From NCBI GenBank assembly GCA_977017645.1, contig OZ360225.1:126914001-126978000 (forward strand): a stretch of DNA of 64,000 nucleotides. The letters run 5' to 3'. This stretch comes from Torpedo marmorata. Its lineage: Eukaryota. Of this stretch, positions 50,455-63,693 are shown piece by piece; position 1 is the first letter of the stretch; each line of letters starts with the position of its first letter. The notes under the pieces were generated by a model. The model saw nothing but the letters and a program-made list of their open reading frames with translations. It was not told where the DNA came from and made no database searches. Made by a program: the position numbers and the translations under genes.

Positions 50455-53400
50455 GTGAATATTCATCTGAGGGAAAGTTTTATATGGTCTCACACAACTC
50501 CAAGTGTGGAATGGAGTCAAAGACTGAGGAGCAGAAAGTGCCAAAGGAATCTTCAGATCCTGCTGATTGGAAGAAGGATGAAAGTCAACGGTTTAAGGTT
50601 TCAGATTCTTTGCAAGATCAACTGAATGAACTGCAGAAGAGGCAACAATTGCCTGTATCTGATCGGCATGTGTACAAGTATCGCTGCAGTCAGTGTAGTC
50701 TGGCTTTCAAGACCATGCAGAAACTTCAGATTCATTCTCAGTATCATGCAATCCGGGCTGCCACAATGTGCAGCCTTTGTCAACGCAGCTTTCGCACCTT
50801 TCTGGCTTTAAAGAGGCATTTGGAAACCAGTCATCCTGAACTCAGCGAGTCCGAAATACAACAGATTTGTGGGAGTTACCATGTCAACGGTGAGTTCTGG
50901 TCAGAAAATGATGTCATCAGTCAAGACGAAAACATGCTGGTACAGGAAATAGATAAAGAAGAAGAAATGGATCAGGATGGGAAAGTTAGTCCAACAGGAA
51001 GTGACAGCAGCTCCATTCTAGATGATTTAACCGCAGAACCAAAGCGAACACTGCCTTTCCGCAAAGGTCCAAATTTTACAATGGAAAAGTTTTTAGATCC
51101 TTCCCGACCTTACAAATGCACAGTGTGTAAAGAATCTTTCACTCAGAAGAACATTCTCTTGGTTCACTATAACTCTGTATCTCACCTGCACAAACTAAAG
51201 AAAGTTCTCCAAGAGGCATCAAGTCCAGTTCCCCAAGAATCCAACAACAGCATTGATAACAAGCCCTACAAGTGCAACACGTGTAATGTTGCTTACAGCC
51301 AAAGCTCAACACTGGAAATACACATGAGGTCTGTGCTCCACCAGACTAAAGCAAGGGCAGCCAAACTGGAAGCTGGAAATTGTAGCACTGGAAGTGGAAA
51401 CAATAGTGTGACCAATAGTAGTGGTGGTGGGCCGGCTGCTGGTCAAATGACTGCAGATTCTCATGGGATGGCTTCAGCTAGTTACAAGGACAATGTAGAT
51501 ATCAAAGAAACCATCAGGAAACAGTTGAGTGACACAACTTCTCAATCTGTCCAGCATCATTCTCAGTCACCAGCACAGGACCAAGCACAGGCACAAGCTC
51601 AAGCCCAGGCCCAGGCCCAAGCCCTGGCACAAGCACAGGCACAAATGCATCTGCAGCATGAACTGCAGCAACAAGCTGCTTTCTTTCAGCCTCAGTTTCT
51701 AAACCCAGCGTTGTTGCCGCACTTCCCTATGACAGCTGAAGCTCTGCTACAGTTACAACAGCCACAGTTCCTCTTTCCTTTTTACCTGCCAGGCACTGAA
51801 TTCAATCTAAATACAGAGCCAGGTTTGTCTGGTTCAGGGGCCTTTGGAATATCTACAATGACGGGATCATTGCTGGATGACTTAAAGCAACAGGTACAAG
51901 GGCAACACTTACTGCAAATTCAGCAACAATATAGCCAGCAACACCAAGCTATGCAGTCACAGCAACTCTCACAGAAACAACAACAGGTGGTTAAACCAAC
52001 AAAGCAGGAACAAAATGTTTTGAATTCCACAGAGACCCAGTTATTAAAAGATGCTTATTCCCAGAAAGAAGCCGAGGAACAAATGGAGGTCATAGAAAGC
52101 AAGGCACACCATGATTTTATAAGTGAATCCGATGTAACAAAAGAGAATAAAGAGATTAAAAAGCAGAAGTCAGTGGAATCGATGCTTCCACCTCCTCGTA
52201 TTCCATCTGGTGCAAGAGGCAACGCAGCAAAGGCTTTATTGGAAAATTTTGGCTTTGAGTTGGTTATCCAGTTTAATGAAAATAAGCAGAAAGTCCAGAA
52301 GAGAAGCAAGAATGGTGAGAGTGAGAGGGCAGACAAACTAGAATGTGAATCATGTGGCAAACTGTTTTCAAACATACTTATTCTGAAGAGTCACCAGGAG
52401 CACGTTCATTATCAGTTTTTTCCATTTGGAGAGTTGGAAATATTTGCATGTCACTATAGGGAAGCTTATGACAAGCTGTACCCTGTCATACCATCCTCAC
52501 CGGAATCACCTGCACCTCCTCCCCCACCCCCTCCTCCTCCTCCCCCACCTCCTCCTCCTCCTCCTCCCCCACCACCACCCCCGCCACCTTCCTCAACAGG
52601 GAATGGCAAACTTCAAGCATCTGTCTCATCACCATTACCTCCACCCCCTCCTCCTCCACTTCCACCACCACCTCCTCCTCCTCCACCTTCCTCACAATCC
52701 CAGGTTCAGATGCCTGTATCCCTGGATCTTCCTCTCTTTCCCCCGGTCATGATGCAGCATTCTTCTTTGCCACCCCAGCTCACAGTACAACTTCCGACCA
52801 TGGAGTCTTTGTCTGCAGACCTCACCCAGCTCTGCCAACAACAGTTAGGTTTAGATCCGAATTTTCTGAGGCACCACCAGTTCAAACGGCCACGCACAAG
52901 AATCACGGATGACCAATTAAAGATCTTGCGGACTTACTTTGATATTAATAATTCACCAACTGAAGAACAGATCCAAGAAATGTCAGAAAAATCAGGACTT
53001 CCTCAGAAGGTTATTAAACATTGGTTTCGTAACACCCTCTTTAAAGAAAGACAGAGAAACAAGGATTCACCATACAATTTCAACAATCCACCTATTACCA
53101 CATTGGAAGAATCCAGAAATGATACTTATTTTAGTCCAGGAGAATATTACAGGACAGATGGTACAATAAATAAACGCTCATCCAGGACACGATTCACTGA
53201 CTACCAGTTGAGGGTTCTGCAGGACTTTTTTGATACTAATGCTTATCCAAAAGATGATGAAATTGAACAGTTATCCACAGTTCTAAACCTACCTACCCGA
53301 GTAATTGTTGTGTGGTTCCAAAATGCCCGTCAAAAAGCACGAAAGAGTTTCGAGAACCAAACAGATACTAAAGACAGCGAAAGAAGGGAGCTAACTAATG

Positions 53401-55857
53401 AACGCTATATTCGAACCAGTAACTTGCAGTATCAATGTAAAAAATGCAATATAGTGTTTCCTCGAATTTTTGACCTTATTACCCATCAGAAGAAACAGTG
53501 TTACAAAGATGAAGATGATGATGGTCAGGATGACAGTCAAACCGAAGATTCAATGGATGCTACAGACCAAATGATGTCAAGCTATTCTGATGCCCCTGGG
53601 CCCACAGACTCATCAAAACCTCCAGCAGGAAAAGTGATGGGGTCTGGTTCTAAATCAGGTTCTAGTTCTGGTTCTAGCACTCCTCTGATGCCTTCGCCCA
53701 AACTAGAAATGGATAAAAATTCGCCCAAATCTAACCTACCAGTAGAGAAACCAAAGCAAGTTGAGACAGCTCAACCCTCTCAAATGGCCAAACCAACACC
53801 TTCACCAGAGCTGCAACCATTAGCACCTCAGCAAAAGCAATCCCAACAGCCAACAGTGCATCCTCATTCACAGCCTCCAAGTACCACCGTGCATCCATCC
53901 AGCCCTCTTTCTGTAGCAGTCACCTCTTTGCAGAATAGCCTACCTCCTCAGATGTTACAGTACCAGTGTGACCAGTGTAAATATGCCTTTCCAACTTTGG
54001 AACTTTGGCAGGAGCACCAGCACATTCATTTTTTGGCAGCCCAAAATCAGTTCCTTCATTCGCAAATCTTGGATAGATCTTTAGACATGCCCTATATGGT
54101 TTTTGATCCAAACAGTCCGCTCATGGGAGGACAGTTGCTTCCTGGACCCCTTGCACAGATATCCTCCCAGACTGGTTCATCAGTTCCAACACCCTCGAAT
54201 ACAGCCTCTGGAACAGTTAAGCGTAAATTGGAAGAGAAAGAAGAAAACAATCAAACTGAAAAGGAAGGCTCAAATTGCAGTGATGAGCCACATCGTGATA
54301 AAAGGCTTCGAACAACAATTACCCCAGAACAACTTGAGGTGCTGTATGAAAAGTACTTGTTAGATTCTAATCCCACTCGAAAAATGTTGGATCACATTTC
54401 AAATGAAGTAGGCCTAAAGAAGCGTGTGGTTCAGGTGTGGTTTCAGAACACCAGGGCTCGTGAAAGAAAGGGTCAGTTTCGTGCTCTAGGTCCAAGTCAG
54501 TCTCACAGAAGATGTCCTTTTTGTCGAGCGCTTTTTAAAGCAAAAACAGCACTTGAAACACACATTCGTTCTCGACATTGGCACGAGGCTAAACAAGCAG
54601 GCTACAGTCTCCCCCCGAGCCCAATCATGCCACAAGATGATGATAGTGAAAGTCCGCAAAAAGATAATTATTTTGAATTTCCAACATTACTTTTTTCAAA
54701 GATTGATGCATTAAGTGAAAATGATCAATCTACAGTTTCAACACCTGTGAGTAAAACAGCAGACATGTCACCAAAACACCTTCTGAGCCCTTCATTATTT
54801 AAATTGGAATGCAATGAAGATACAGAGTGCCCAAACATGGCTCCTGCTGTTGTCAGTTTTGATCTTAATAAGACAGATTATGATGAAACATCATCTGTTA
54901 ATACAGCTGTAAGTGATGGAAGTACAGGAGATGAAGGAAACAATGAAAATGAAAACCTCACAGGTAGCACCTCAGAGAATAAAACCCCTGAGCCTGCAGA
55001 TGATCCAAAAGGATCAATAGCTGGAGATCAATTGTCAATGACAATTGCAACTCCTACAATTGACTATTATGATGAGAGACTTTCTGTAAGCTTACCTAGC
55101 CCTTCTCTAAGCTTCATATCAAGGGAAAATGATCTGGATGACAGTGTTGACCGAAGTGAGACATCGAGTTTAGCTGATCCCTGTTCTCCTAGTCCATTTG
55201 GGAGCCATGCTAGCCTCAAATCATCAAGATCCAATGAACGCCCTGGTCATAAACGCTTCAGAACACAAATGAGTAATCTTCAACTTAAACTCCTAAAGTC
55301 ATGCTTCACTGACTACAGAACACCAACAATGCAAGAATGTGAGCTTCTTGGCAATGAAATTAATTTGCCCAAAAGAGTTGTCCAGGTCTGGTTTCAGAAT
55401 GCTCGAGCCAAGGACAAAAAAATAAAGCTGAACATGGCAAAGTCATTCATGATGAATCAAAGTGGAACTGATGGACAAAGAACAGAATGTTCATTATGTG
55501 GTGTAATGTACACTGCCCGTTTGTCTATCAGAGATCACATTTTCTCACAACAGCACATCAATAAAGTGAAAGAAACGGTAGGGTGTCAGCTAGATAAAGA
55601 GAAGGACTATCTCACTCCAACAACTGTCCGACAGTTGATGGCTCAACAAGAGCTGGATCGTCTGAAGAAGGCCACAGATGCATTGGGAATTACACCACAA
55701 CAGCAAGTTCTGCATCAGCAAAGTGTTCTGGAAAATAACACATTGCATGGTCTCAGTGCTTCAACGTCTTATTCGGGCCTCCCAGGCCTTTCTTCAGTTA
55801 TTCTACCCGGCGTAAATGGTCCTGCTTCACTGCATGGTTTTCCACAAAATTCAACTG
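50455..55857 (+). CDS. ZFHX4: ZFHX4 giant exon (5403 nt, phase 1-1): multiple C2H2 fingers and four homeodomains (approx. 52881-53060, 53172-53351, 54297-54476, 55248-55427)
   Basis: Acceptor aacag|GT and donor ACTG|gtaagt inside the 1831-aa ORF. Four WFRN/WFQN homeodomains. Motifs [36 protein letters not shown] and [14 protein letters not shown] fit ZFHX4 better than ZFHX3 (recalled). The true stop would be in a further exon not seen in the window. Confidence 0.95.
51576..51644 (+). repeat. Coding (Gln-Ala)n repeat in ZFHX4
   Basis: [21 protein letters not shown] encoded by mixed CAR-GCN codons. Confidence 0.9.
52515..52688 (+). repeat. Coding polyproline tracts (P25 at 52515-52589, then a second interrupted tract)
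   Basis: Runs of CCN codons read directly from the sequence. Confidence 0.95.
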
Positions 55858-56669
55858 GTAAGTTACGAGATTGCATTTTTATTTCAAAATACCGAGTTGA
55901 CTCAATTTGTGAATACAGTTTCAGGGTTTTAATTGTGGACAGATTTTTGGCAGAAAACAATTTAAAATTGTCTACATAGAGTGTCCCAAGTTGGCATCAT
56001 TATCATTTACTAGATCTTGTATGGCTCCCCATAGAGAGGCTGTAAGAGGAGAGGGTGAGGGAGAAGAAGTTGGAGCACATGTCACAATGGTTCTTTAAGA
56101 TATTACTTCTCCGACGTGGAACTGTAATAAGATGCCTCAAATATAGTTACATGCCCACCTTTTCACCCTGGGAATGGTACAAGAATCCAAGAAATAAGAT
56201 ATAAAATAAGAGTGAGGAGGTGGAATTAAAACAATATATTTATGTTTCACATCTATTTCACACCTTATGACTGAACACATTTATTCTGAAAATAACTACA
56301 GGTACTAGTTATGAATACTTTAGATATACAGTGAACATAATGAAGAGAAAATGATTGCTGTGCAGCTCATTGAATTAGTTTGGAAGGGAGGAGGTTAAGG
56401 CTTTGCTAAATATATATGGAGAAATACTCATCTTAATTGTGAAGTGGAAAGAGATAATTAATATTATTGTTTAGCCAAAGAATAAAAGTATGAAGAAAGA
56501 AGACGTTTAAATGATTTTACAGTAATAGAAATTATCTTAAATATTTTTGCATTATTGCTTTGGGAGAATGGAACAAAGGGGATCAAATGTATTTTGCAAA
56601 GATAGATTTAATAAGGTTGAAGTGTTTTTTTGGTAAATTATGAATTAATGTGACAATTCAGTTTCATAG

Positions 56670-56830
56670 GTGGTTTGAAGACAGGTTCAGTCTTGATCTC
56701 TGGTGCTGTCAGTGTGGAGGTTACAAATTTGCTCTATGGCCAGGTGTGTTTCCTTGGGATGTTCTGTTATCTTCCAGCATTTCAAACACATGTAGGTTGG
56801 TAGGATAATTGGCTCCTGTAAATTGAGTGC
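56670..56830 (+). mobile_element. Very old V-domain SINE remnant
   Basis: Degenerate GTGTGGAGGTT..TTTCCTTGGGATGTTCTGTT..CTTCCAGCAT. Confidence 0.45.
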
Positions 56831-57873
56831 AGGTGAGTGGTTGAATCTGGAGGAAGTTGATGGGAATGAATGGAGAATAAGTTTCTTGGAAAATTAGTGG
56901 GGATTGGGATTGCTCTGAGAGCTGTCATAGATTTGATTTGCCTTCTTCTACATTATATTGGAAATAAGGTAACAGTATAGGGTAAGGCAGTTAAAAGGTT
57001 TGGAGCTGGAAATTATTAATGGCAAAGATGAAACATACCAAGGGTCAGCACGGAATGAAGAGCTGGAGCGATATTCTTACACACAAGTTACAGGAAATCA
57101 TAATGCATAGTGATGGGAATATTTTTCAGAAACAAAATGGACAGACCAGGAATTACCAAAGAAGATGATAAAACTACTGGCTATATGATAGAGGTAATGA
57201 GGTACTGTTACTTAATGCAAACATGTAAAGCAGATGAAAGTCTGCTGCATTACATTAAGAAATATAGGTGAACTGATTAACAACTTGATTTTAAATCGGG
57301 TTCTAGAACTCATTAAAACTGTATAGTTGTATCTAATGTTGTAAAACTAGTTAAACAATATAAAGAAGAATGGGGGTACAGATCTTTAAAATATCAGGCT
57401 TTGGACATACAGCTTCACTTTCTCATCAAGCAAGAATTAAACATTTGCCTGCATCTTATTTCCTCAGGCGCACTATTAAACACATGGTACAGGTAGTAAA
57501 GGAAATGTAAAGTTTTACATGTTATTGAAGATGATACTCAAACTAAAATTGTTAGTCTAATCAAGTATTTCCTGAAATGCAAAGAAAATATACATGGAAT
57601 AAGGTTAAAAAAAAAGAAGTGGAAAAACTTTCCAAACATGCCATGGTCATCACATAAATGCAGCGAATAAATTAATCACCTCGTGGAAGAAATGGAAAAT
57701 GTACAAGACAACAAACATAGATCCAGAGTGTGCTGGAGATGAGAAGGTGGACATGGACAGGCCACAAAGCAGTTCCAAAGGAGGAGGAAATCTTTAGTCT
57801 CAACAACTGGTAAGTGTGATAATTTTTTAACAACCATTTTCTAATGTCTTATAAACACTATTCATAACAATTA

Positions 57874-58658
57874 CACTGGACAACAATTTTTTTTCAAAAG
57901 GTTAGCTTCCTGGAAAAAAAAATTCAAAAGGTTTGCTTCCTGAAAAAAAAATAGACAACTTCAAGCTGAACACAGGAAGTTGGAGAAACATTAAATTAGC
58001 TTTTATTGAATTTAGCATGTTTAATTGCATAATGAAGCTCCCAGGTTGACTGCACATGTTGCACAACAAATGTGAGGAGCCCAGGGTTTGTCTTGGTCAC
58101 CAATTTTACAACCGAAGTAGAGCTCATAGGCTTTCTTAATAAGTGCAGTCATGCTGCATCTTTGAGCCATAAGCGTATACTTGCCACAAATGTAACAGAA
58201 TGTATCGCAGCTGTTGAGACATTGGCAAGACATTTCTGCTGTATTGAATCTTCCAGAAGACAATAAATGCTATTAAGTACACTCATTATCCTATTGCCTG
58301 AAGAACATGTGCATGAACATGTGTTCAGTCTATATCAATATAATGCACAGCATCTGTATATGTGAGCTGCTTTCATAGCCTGTCTGCATCTATCTTGACT
58401 AAGCATGCCCAGGCCTAAGACAACATTTCCATAGCACCTGCACAGTGCATACCCAGGCATGCTTGGACTGTTCAAAACAGCTTGATTTGTGGGCAATATA
58501 CTAGTAGATTAAAATATGACAGGAAATCACACAAATAGGTTATATCTGAAAAACGGTATGTGATAGGAAAACTTTAAGGCAATTTTTGTGATCAGCAGTC
58601 CAAAATCAATAAAATACACCCAAAAGTGTTCAGGAAGCAAAATCTTTGTTGTCCAGCC
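57874..58658 (-). mobile_element. TA-flanked DNA transposon deletion derivative retaining a Cys-rich transposase N-terminus
   Basis: TIR core CTGGACAACAA / TTGTTGTCCAG with TA flanks. ORF 58021-58263 has FCYICG..AYELYFG.KIGDQDKPWAPHICC.TC, a motif I recognise from animal transposon proteins. Superfamily uncertain. Confidence 0.75.
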
Positions 58659-60589
58659 TACTGACTGCAACCTGCAAAAATCATTAAGCATGTGAAAATG
58701 TATTTTTATATTCCTTAAGTACTGAAATAATGTTAATCATTTTATACATCTTTTTTGATTTTTTAAATACTACTTCTGTATTAGATGTACTACTTATTCA
58801 TTTTTGTCCTTTGTCTACAGATAACACATCACTTCTACCTACAAAATCGAAGATGCAAATATCTCAAAAACGTTCAATTAAGGCACAAGATGATGTCATA
58901 TCACAAGTCAAGAATTCGTCACTGAACCTATGCCAACTAAAGAACAGATTATCTTGTTGTGCAGTATAGTAAAGTTTTACCTGTCACTACATTACACATT
59001 CTTCACCTAACAATATGAGATGGCACATTTGTAACAAGAGACTATGGGATAAATCATCATTCAAGACCAATCCAAATATTTACTTACCACCAACACTCTT
59101 GGGCCTTTCGGAGGGTGACGTGGATAATGTGAAGTACAAAAACCCAGATGAACAGTGGCACAATAACAAATTCATTGTTATGAATATAAGGCATTAGAAA
59201 ATGGTTGTGAAAAAATGGTCACAATGGTTCAGCGAAGAGAGAAGGGAATTGAAGAAACACTATGTTGTAAACCAGACAAAACTTTCAGAAACAAGTGTCC
59301 TCCCAGATATAAAATATTGACACAAAGAGTATTGTATACCTCTCTCTGTAATCTGTGGTCAGTATCCTGCTTCCTTTGGTTCATGTAGATCTCTCCTTAT
59401 CCAAAGGGCCTTCCAAACACAAAACTGATATTTTGTTTACCTTTAACATTTTTGTACAAGTGGAAATAAAAGTTTGTTTTTTTGATTATTGCTCCATATT
59501 CTCTGCACTGCCAGAATTTCATGTGAAGCGTGGTCTTTTGGAAAGAGGATCACTCACTGTTCAGAACAGTGCCACCAAAGTAATTCAACACTCTTTCATT
59601 CTTTAAACCTTGCCATCTTTAACTCTTTGATGTGCGCAAGGTAGATTCATACAAGTATGAGCAGAGCTTAATGGGAAGTGTTGGCAGTTCCATGCCAGGA
59701 TCAGCATAAAGTGCCACTAAGTTTTGGATTCCCACACAAACACTCTAGGACTGCTGGGGATTCTCTGAGTGTGTTCCAGCACTGATTTCGTCTCGAGTCC
59801 AGTGGTAGAGAGCAAACTTGCTGCAGTTCCCCAGTTCATACTATGAGGAAATTTCTCATTGAATCTCATTCAGGTTAGACCTAACACAGAAACAGGAATT
59901 TCATCCATTGGAATGGAGAGGAGCATTTACAAGGGACCTGGCTAAGTATAAATTCATAACTTGACAATATAATTTGCATATTTAAACTGCTCCTGTTTTA
60001 CTAATTTAAGTACTTTTTAATTCTTTCATTGATGTTTAATTGATGTCGAAAGTTCTTGAATAACAAGAACATTCAAAAGCATTGACAGTTGACAGAGAGT
60101 GGGAGAAGGTTCAGTTGGCAGTCAAGGATTTTTTTCCCCTGCAGCTGTTTCATTTATGGGACTTGTGTTAGTTCACCCACATGTTGGCATTTCATGGTAC
60201 CAATTTGGATAGGGATGGGTTCAGGTAGTGGGTAGACAATAGTAAATCTAGAAAAGTCTGTGCTTACCACGGAGATCCGCAGCAAACACAAGCAGATCAA
60301 CCCTAGACCAAGCTCTGGCCAAAGTTGGCTTGTTGTGGATTTGAACTAATTCACTCCAGTGCTCAGTCTAGACCTACTAGAGAACTTCAAAAACCTTTTT
60401 ACACTATTACTCAAAAGTCTAAGGTGGTTTTGAATGAAAGTTACTGCTGTGATGTTTCTTTTATTGTAATAAAGAAACTTGGGTTCTTTTAAAACAACTA
60501 CCGGTATATTTATTAGCTAGAACATATACAGGCAAGACCTCGTGGAGGCATCCATCTTGAATCCAACCAAACTGCCACAAACTAGTCTC

Positions 60590-60608
60590 CGACTCCCTCT
60601 AGTGGTCA
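60590..60608 (-). promoter_or_regulatory. CTCF-like motif inside the LTR
   Basis: The minus strand reads TGACCACTAGAGGGAGTCG, close to the CCASYAGRKGGCRS core. Confidence 0.4.
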
Positions 60609-63097
60609 GGAGGATCACTAGCACTCTATCATTACATCCCCTTTCCTTGAGATGTTTAACAACATGACACACTAATACAGTATTCATTTCAATTTAAAGT
60701 TCAACACAAATGTAAACACAACATCAGCAGCACAAACTTTTTAAGTGTGCAGTTAAGTGTCAGGTGCTTTGATAACACGTGTGGATCTTCTTAACACAGG
60801 TGCTTGTGTCGGCTCTGCTGGTCCACTACTGTCTAGCACTGGTGGTGTTTCCTCTTTTGCTGTGCAGGCTGGATCTTCTGCATTTGTCTGTCCCTGCAGT
60901 GTCTCTTGCATTTTCAGCAGGCTCTTTCGATTCCTCCTCAGTATTTGACCATCCTCTGTTTTGACAGTGTAGGATCTTGGATTTACTTCCTCCAGAACGG
61001 TAACCTTTTTGTCCCAAGTGTTAGAATCTCTGAGTCTCACTGTATCATGTTTTGCCAGTGGCCCCAAGCTTCTTGCTGACTTGTTATAGTTTGCTTTTTG
61101 TCTCCATTGCAGATGCTGTTGTTTCGGTTCGAGATCTTTGACATCTCTGTTCTTGTTTGGACCTGCAGAGTAGGGAAGTGTAGTGGGTAGTCTACGTCCC
61201 ATCAGAAGTTCAGCGGGTGACATGCCATGTTCAAGTGGCGAAGCTCTGTAACTCAATAGAGCTAGATACAAATCTGAGCCACTGTCTAGTGCTTTCTTGA
61301 GCAACTGTTTAACTATGTGAACTCCTTTCTCTGCTTTACCTTTTGACTGTGGATGTAGAGGACTTGAAGTTACATGTCGAAAATCATACTCTTCTGCAAA
61401 GTTCTGGAATTCTCTACAGCTGTAGCAATGTCCATTGTCACTGTAGACAATTTGAGGAATTCCATGTCTTGCAAAGATTGATTTCATATATTTGATCACA
61501 CAAGCAGCAGACTTGTTAGGAAGCAACGCAATCTCTGGATAGTTTGATAGATAGTCAATAACCAGCAAGTAATTCTTTCCATCCATGTGGAATAGATCAG
61601 TCCCAAATTTCTGCCATGGTTCTGCTGGTATATCAGTTATTATCATGGGTTCCTTTGTCTGCTTTGCGTGATGTTTCAACCAGGTCTCACAGCTTGAAAC
61701 CATTCTGTCAATGTCAGCGTTTATTCCTGGCCAATAAACAGCAGTTCTGGCCCTCCTCTTGCATTTTTCCATTCCAAGGTGCCCCTCATGCACATTTTTC
61801 AGCTTCTCTTGTCGCAGTGATTGAGGAATGACAATTCTGCTCTGTCTGAGTAGAAGCCCATTGACAACGCTCAGCTCTGATGTTGTAGTATGGCTGGCAT
61901 TCACCTCTAGGCCATCCTTCATTCAGATTCTTGATGATCTTCTGTTGATCTGTGTCCTTTTCTGTTTCAGCTGCGATCTGCTTGGATTTCATGTCAGATA
62001 CAGGAAGAGATTCAGTGATCAGGTTCACGTGGAGATTCACATCTGTTTCTGTGGAACTCTTATTGTGTGCTTAACTCTGCGTCGTTGCCCTGGATAACGC
62101 ATCAGCTAACACAACAGCTAACCCTGGTGTGTACACCTTCTTGACTAGGCTTAAGTTTTCACATGCTTTGTCACCAAGCAGTGATTCATGTCCATCTGTG
62201 AACCTGAGGTGGTGCTCTTTATCTTTAACTCACCTTGAGTTTACATGTACCTTTCGTGTCGATGCTACGTCCATTGTAGGCTTTGAGCTGTACAGTATTT
62301 GCATGGATGTATGGCTTTATCTTCATTGCCCTGATGTCACGCTCACAGATCAAATTGACCTTTTCCCCTGTGTCCAGCTTGAAAGGAATATTTGTTCCAT
62401 TTGTATGCAATGACCCAGTCCACTTGTCCTGCTCGACTCTGTTCATGCTTGGCTGTTTAGTGACTTTTGGTTTAGAATCTTTCTGCACTACCATGCCCAC
62501 GAAAAGTGTGTTACTGAGAGCAGTTTCTTCTATAGTGTGTACACTTTCACTTCTGTTTTGTTTCCCTTTCGAAAAACTTTGCTTCGCATAGTGATTCTGC
62601 CCTTTGCACTTATTACAGACTTTTCCATAGGCGGGGCATTGTTTTGGTGCATGTTGAGTGCCACATCATTTGCACTTGAATGTCTCTCCATCTTTTTGTT
62701 GCTTCCTATATCTCGTTTTTTGTATATGAGTGTGTCCAGATACTGTGGCTATGACTGTGCCTTCGTTTTCACTGGCTTTTGCACTCTCACCAAACTTTTT
62801 CACGTGCTGCAGAGCTAATTCACTGGCGTGGCATATCTTCACAGCTCCAGCTAAGGTAAGCTCTGTCTCTCGCAGCAAGCTATCTCTCACTTTCTTATCA
62901 ATAATCCCGAACACAATTTGATCACGGATCATTGAATCTTATAGCGATCCAAAATTGCATGTTCTTGCTTTTAATTTCAAGTCCGTTAAAAAAGTATCAA
63001 AGCTCTCTCCCTGCAGCTGCGTGCGCAAGCGAAACACGTACCTCTCGAACGGTTTATTTTTCTTTGGTGAACAGTGTTCATCAAACATCTCGATAAC

Positions 63098-63693
63098 GGT
63101 GCTCCCTTTGTGGCTTTCTCTACATCGGAGAGACCGGTCATAGATTGGGAATTTACTGCATCCGGTGCTCTCTTTGTGGTTTTTTCTACATCGGAGATTG
63201 GAAGATCACTTTGCTGAGCACATCCTCTCCGTCCGCAACAACCGCGACCTCCCAGTAGCCAGCCATTTCAATTCCGAGTCACACTCCCACACTCACATGT
63301 CTGTCCATGTCCTTTTCCGTCTGGGCACTCTCCAGCCAGATGGCATTAACATTAACTTTTCTGCTTTCCACTAAACCTGCTTGTCATTTCCTTCCCCTCC
63401 CCCCTCACCTGTCCTTCCTTTTTTTTTTCCACCCACCCAGCCATCCCTCCTCCCCCTCTTTGCTGCTGTCCCCTCCCTCCTTTCTCCACCTATCATCTCC
63501 CGCCTTCCCCCGCCTCATTGTTTTGTTCAGACACCTGCCGGCATTTTCTCACACTTTGATGAAGGGCTCAAGCCCGAAACGTCGGTTATGTATTTCTACC
63601 TTTGCTACATAAAAGACACTGTTTGATGTGCTGAGTATCTCCAGCATTTGTGTTTTTTACTTCAACCACGGTGTCTACAGATTTTCGTGTTTT
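63098..63693 (+). mobile_element. Penelope-like element fragment inserted into the Gypsy gag gene
   Basis: 13-bp target-site duplication ACATCTCGATAAC (63085-63097, 63694-63706). Encodes FAEH..LPVASHFN..FRLGTLQPDGININFS. Hammerhead-like motif at 63553-63586. Confidence 0.9.
63553..63586 (+). ncRNA. Minimal Penelope-associated hammerhead-like motif (variant core)
   Basis: ACT-TTGATGA-A-GGGC(TCAA)GCCC-GAA-ACGT-C-GGT. U replaces C3, and stem III is the palindrome ACGT. Confidence 0.55.

Noticed and set aside
50484-55979. The 1831-aa ORF as a complete single-exon gene
   Set aside because: The frame is open back to a splice acceptor at 50455, and a GTAAGT donor follows 55857. The last ~40 codons look like intron read-through, and upstream ZFHX4 exons exist.
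60753-61922. Domesticated integrase gene
   Set aside because: It is embedded in an LTR element with PPT and LTR, its N-terminus is frameshifted, and the second zinc-binding Cys is lost (CETW).
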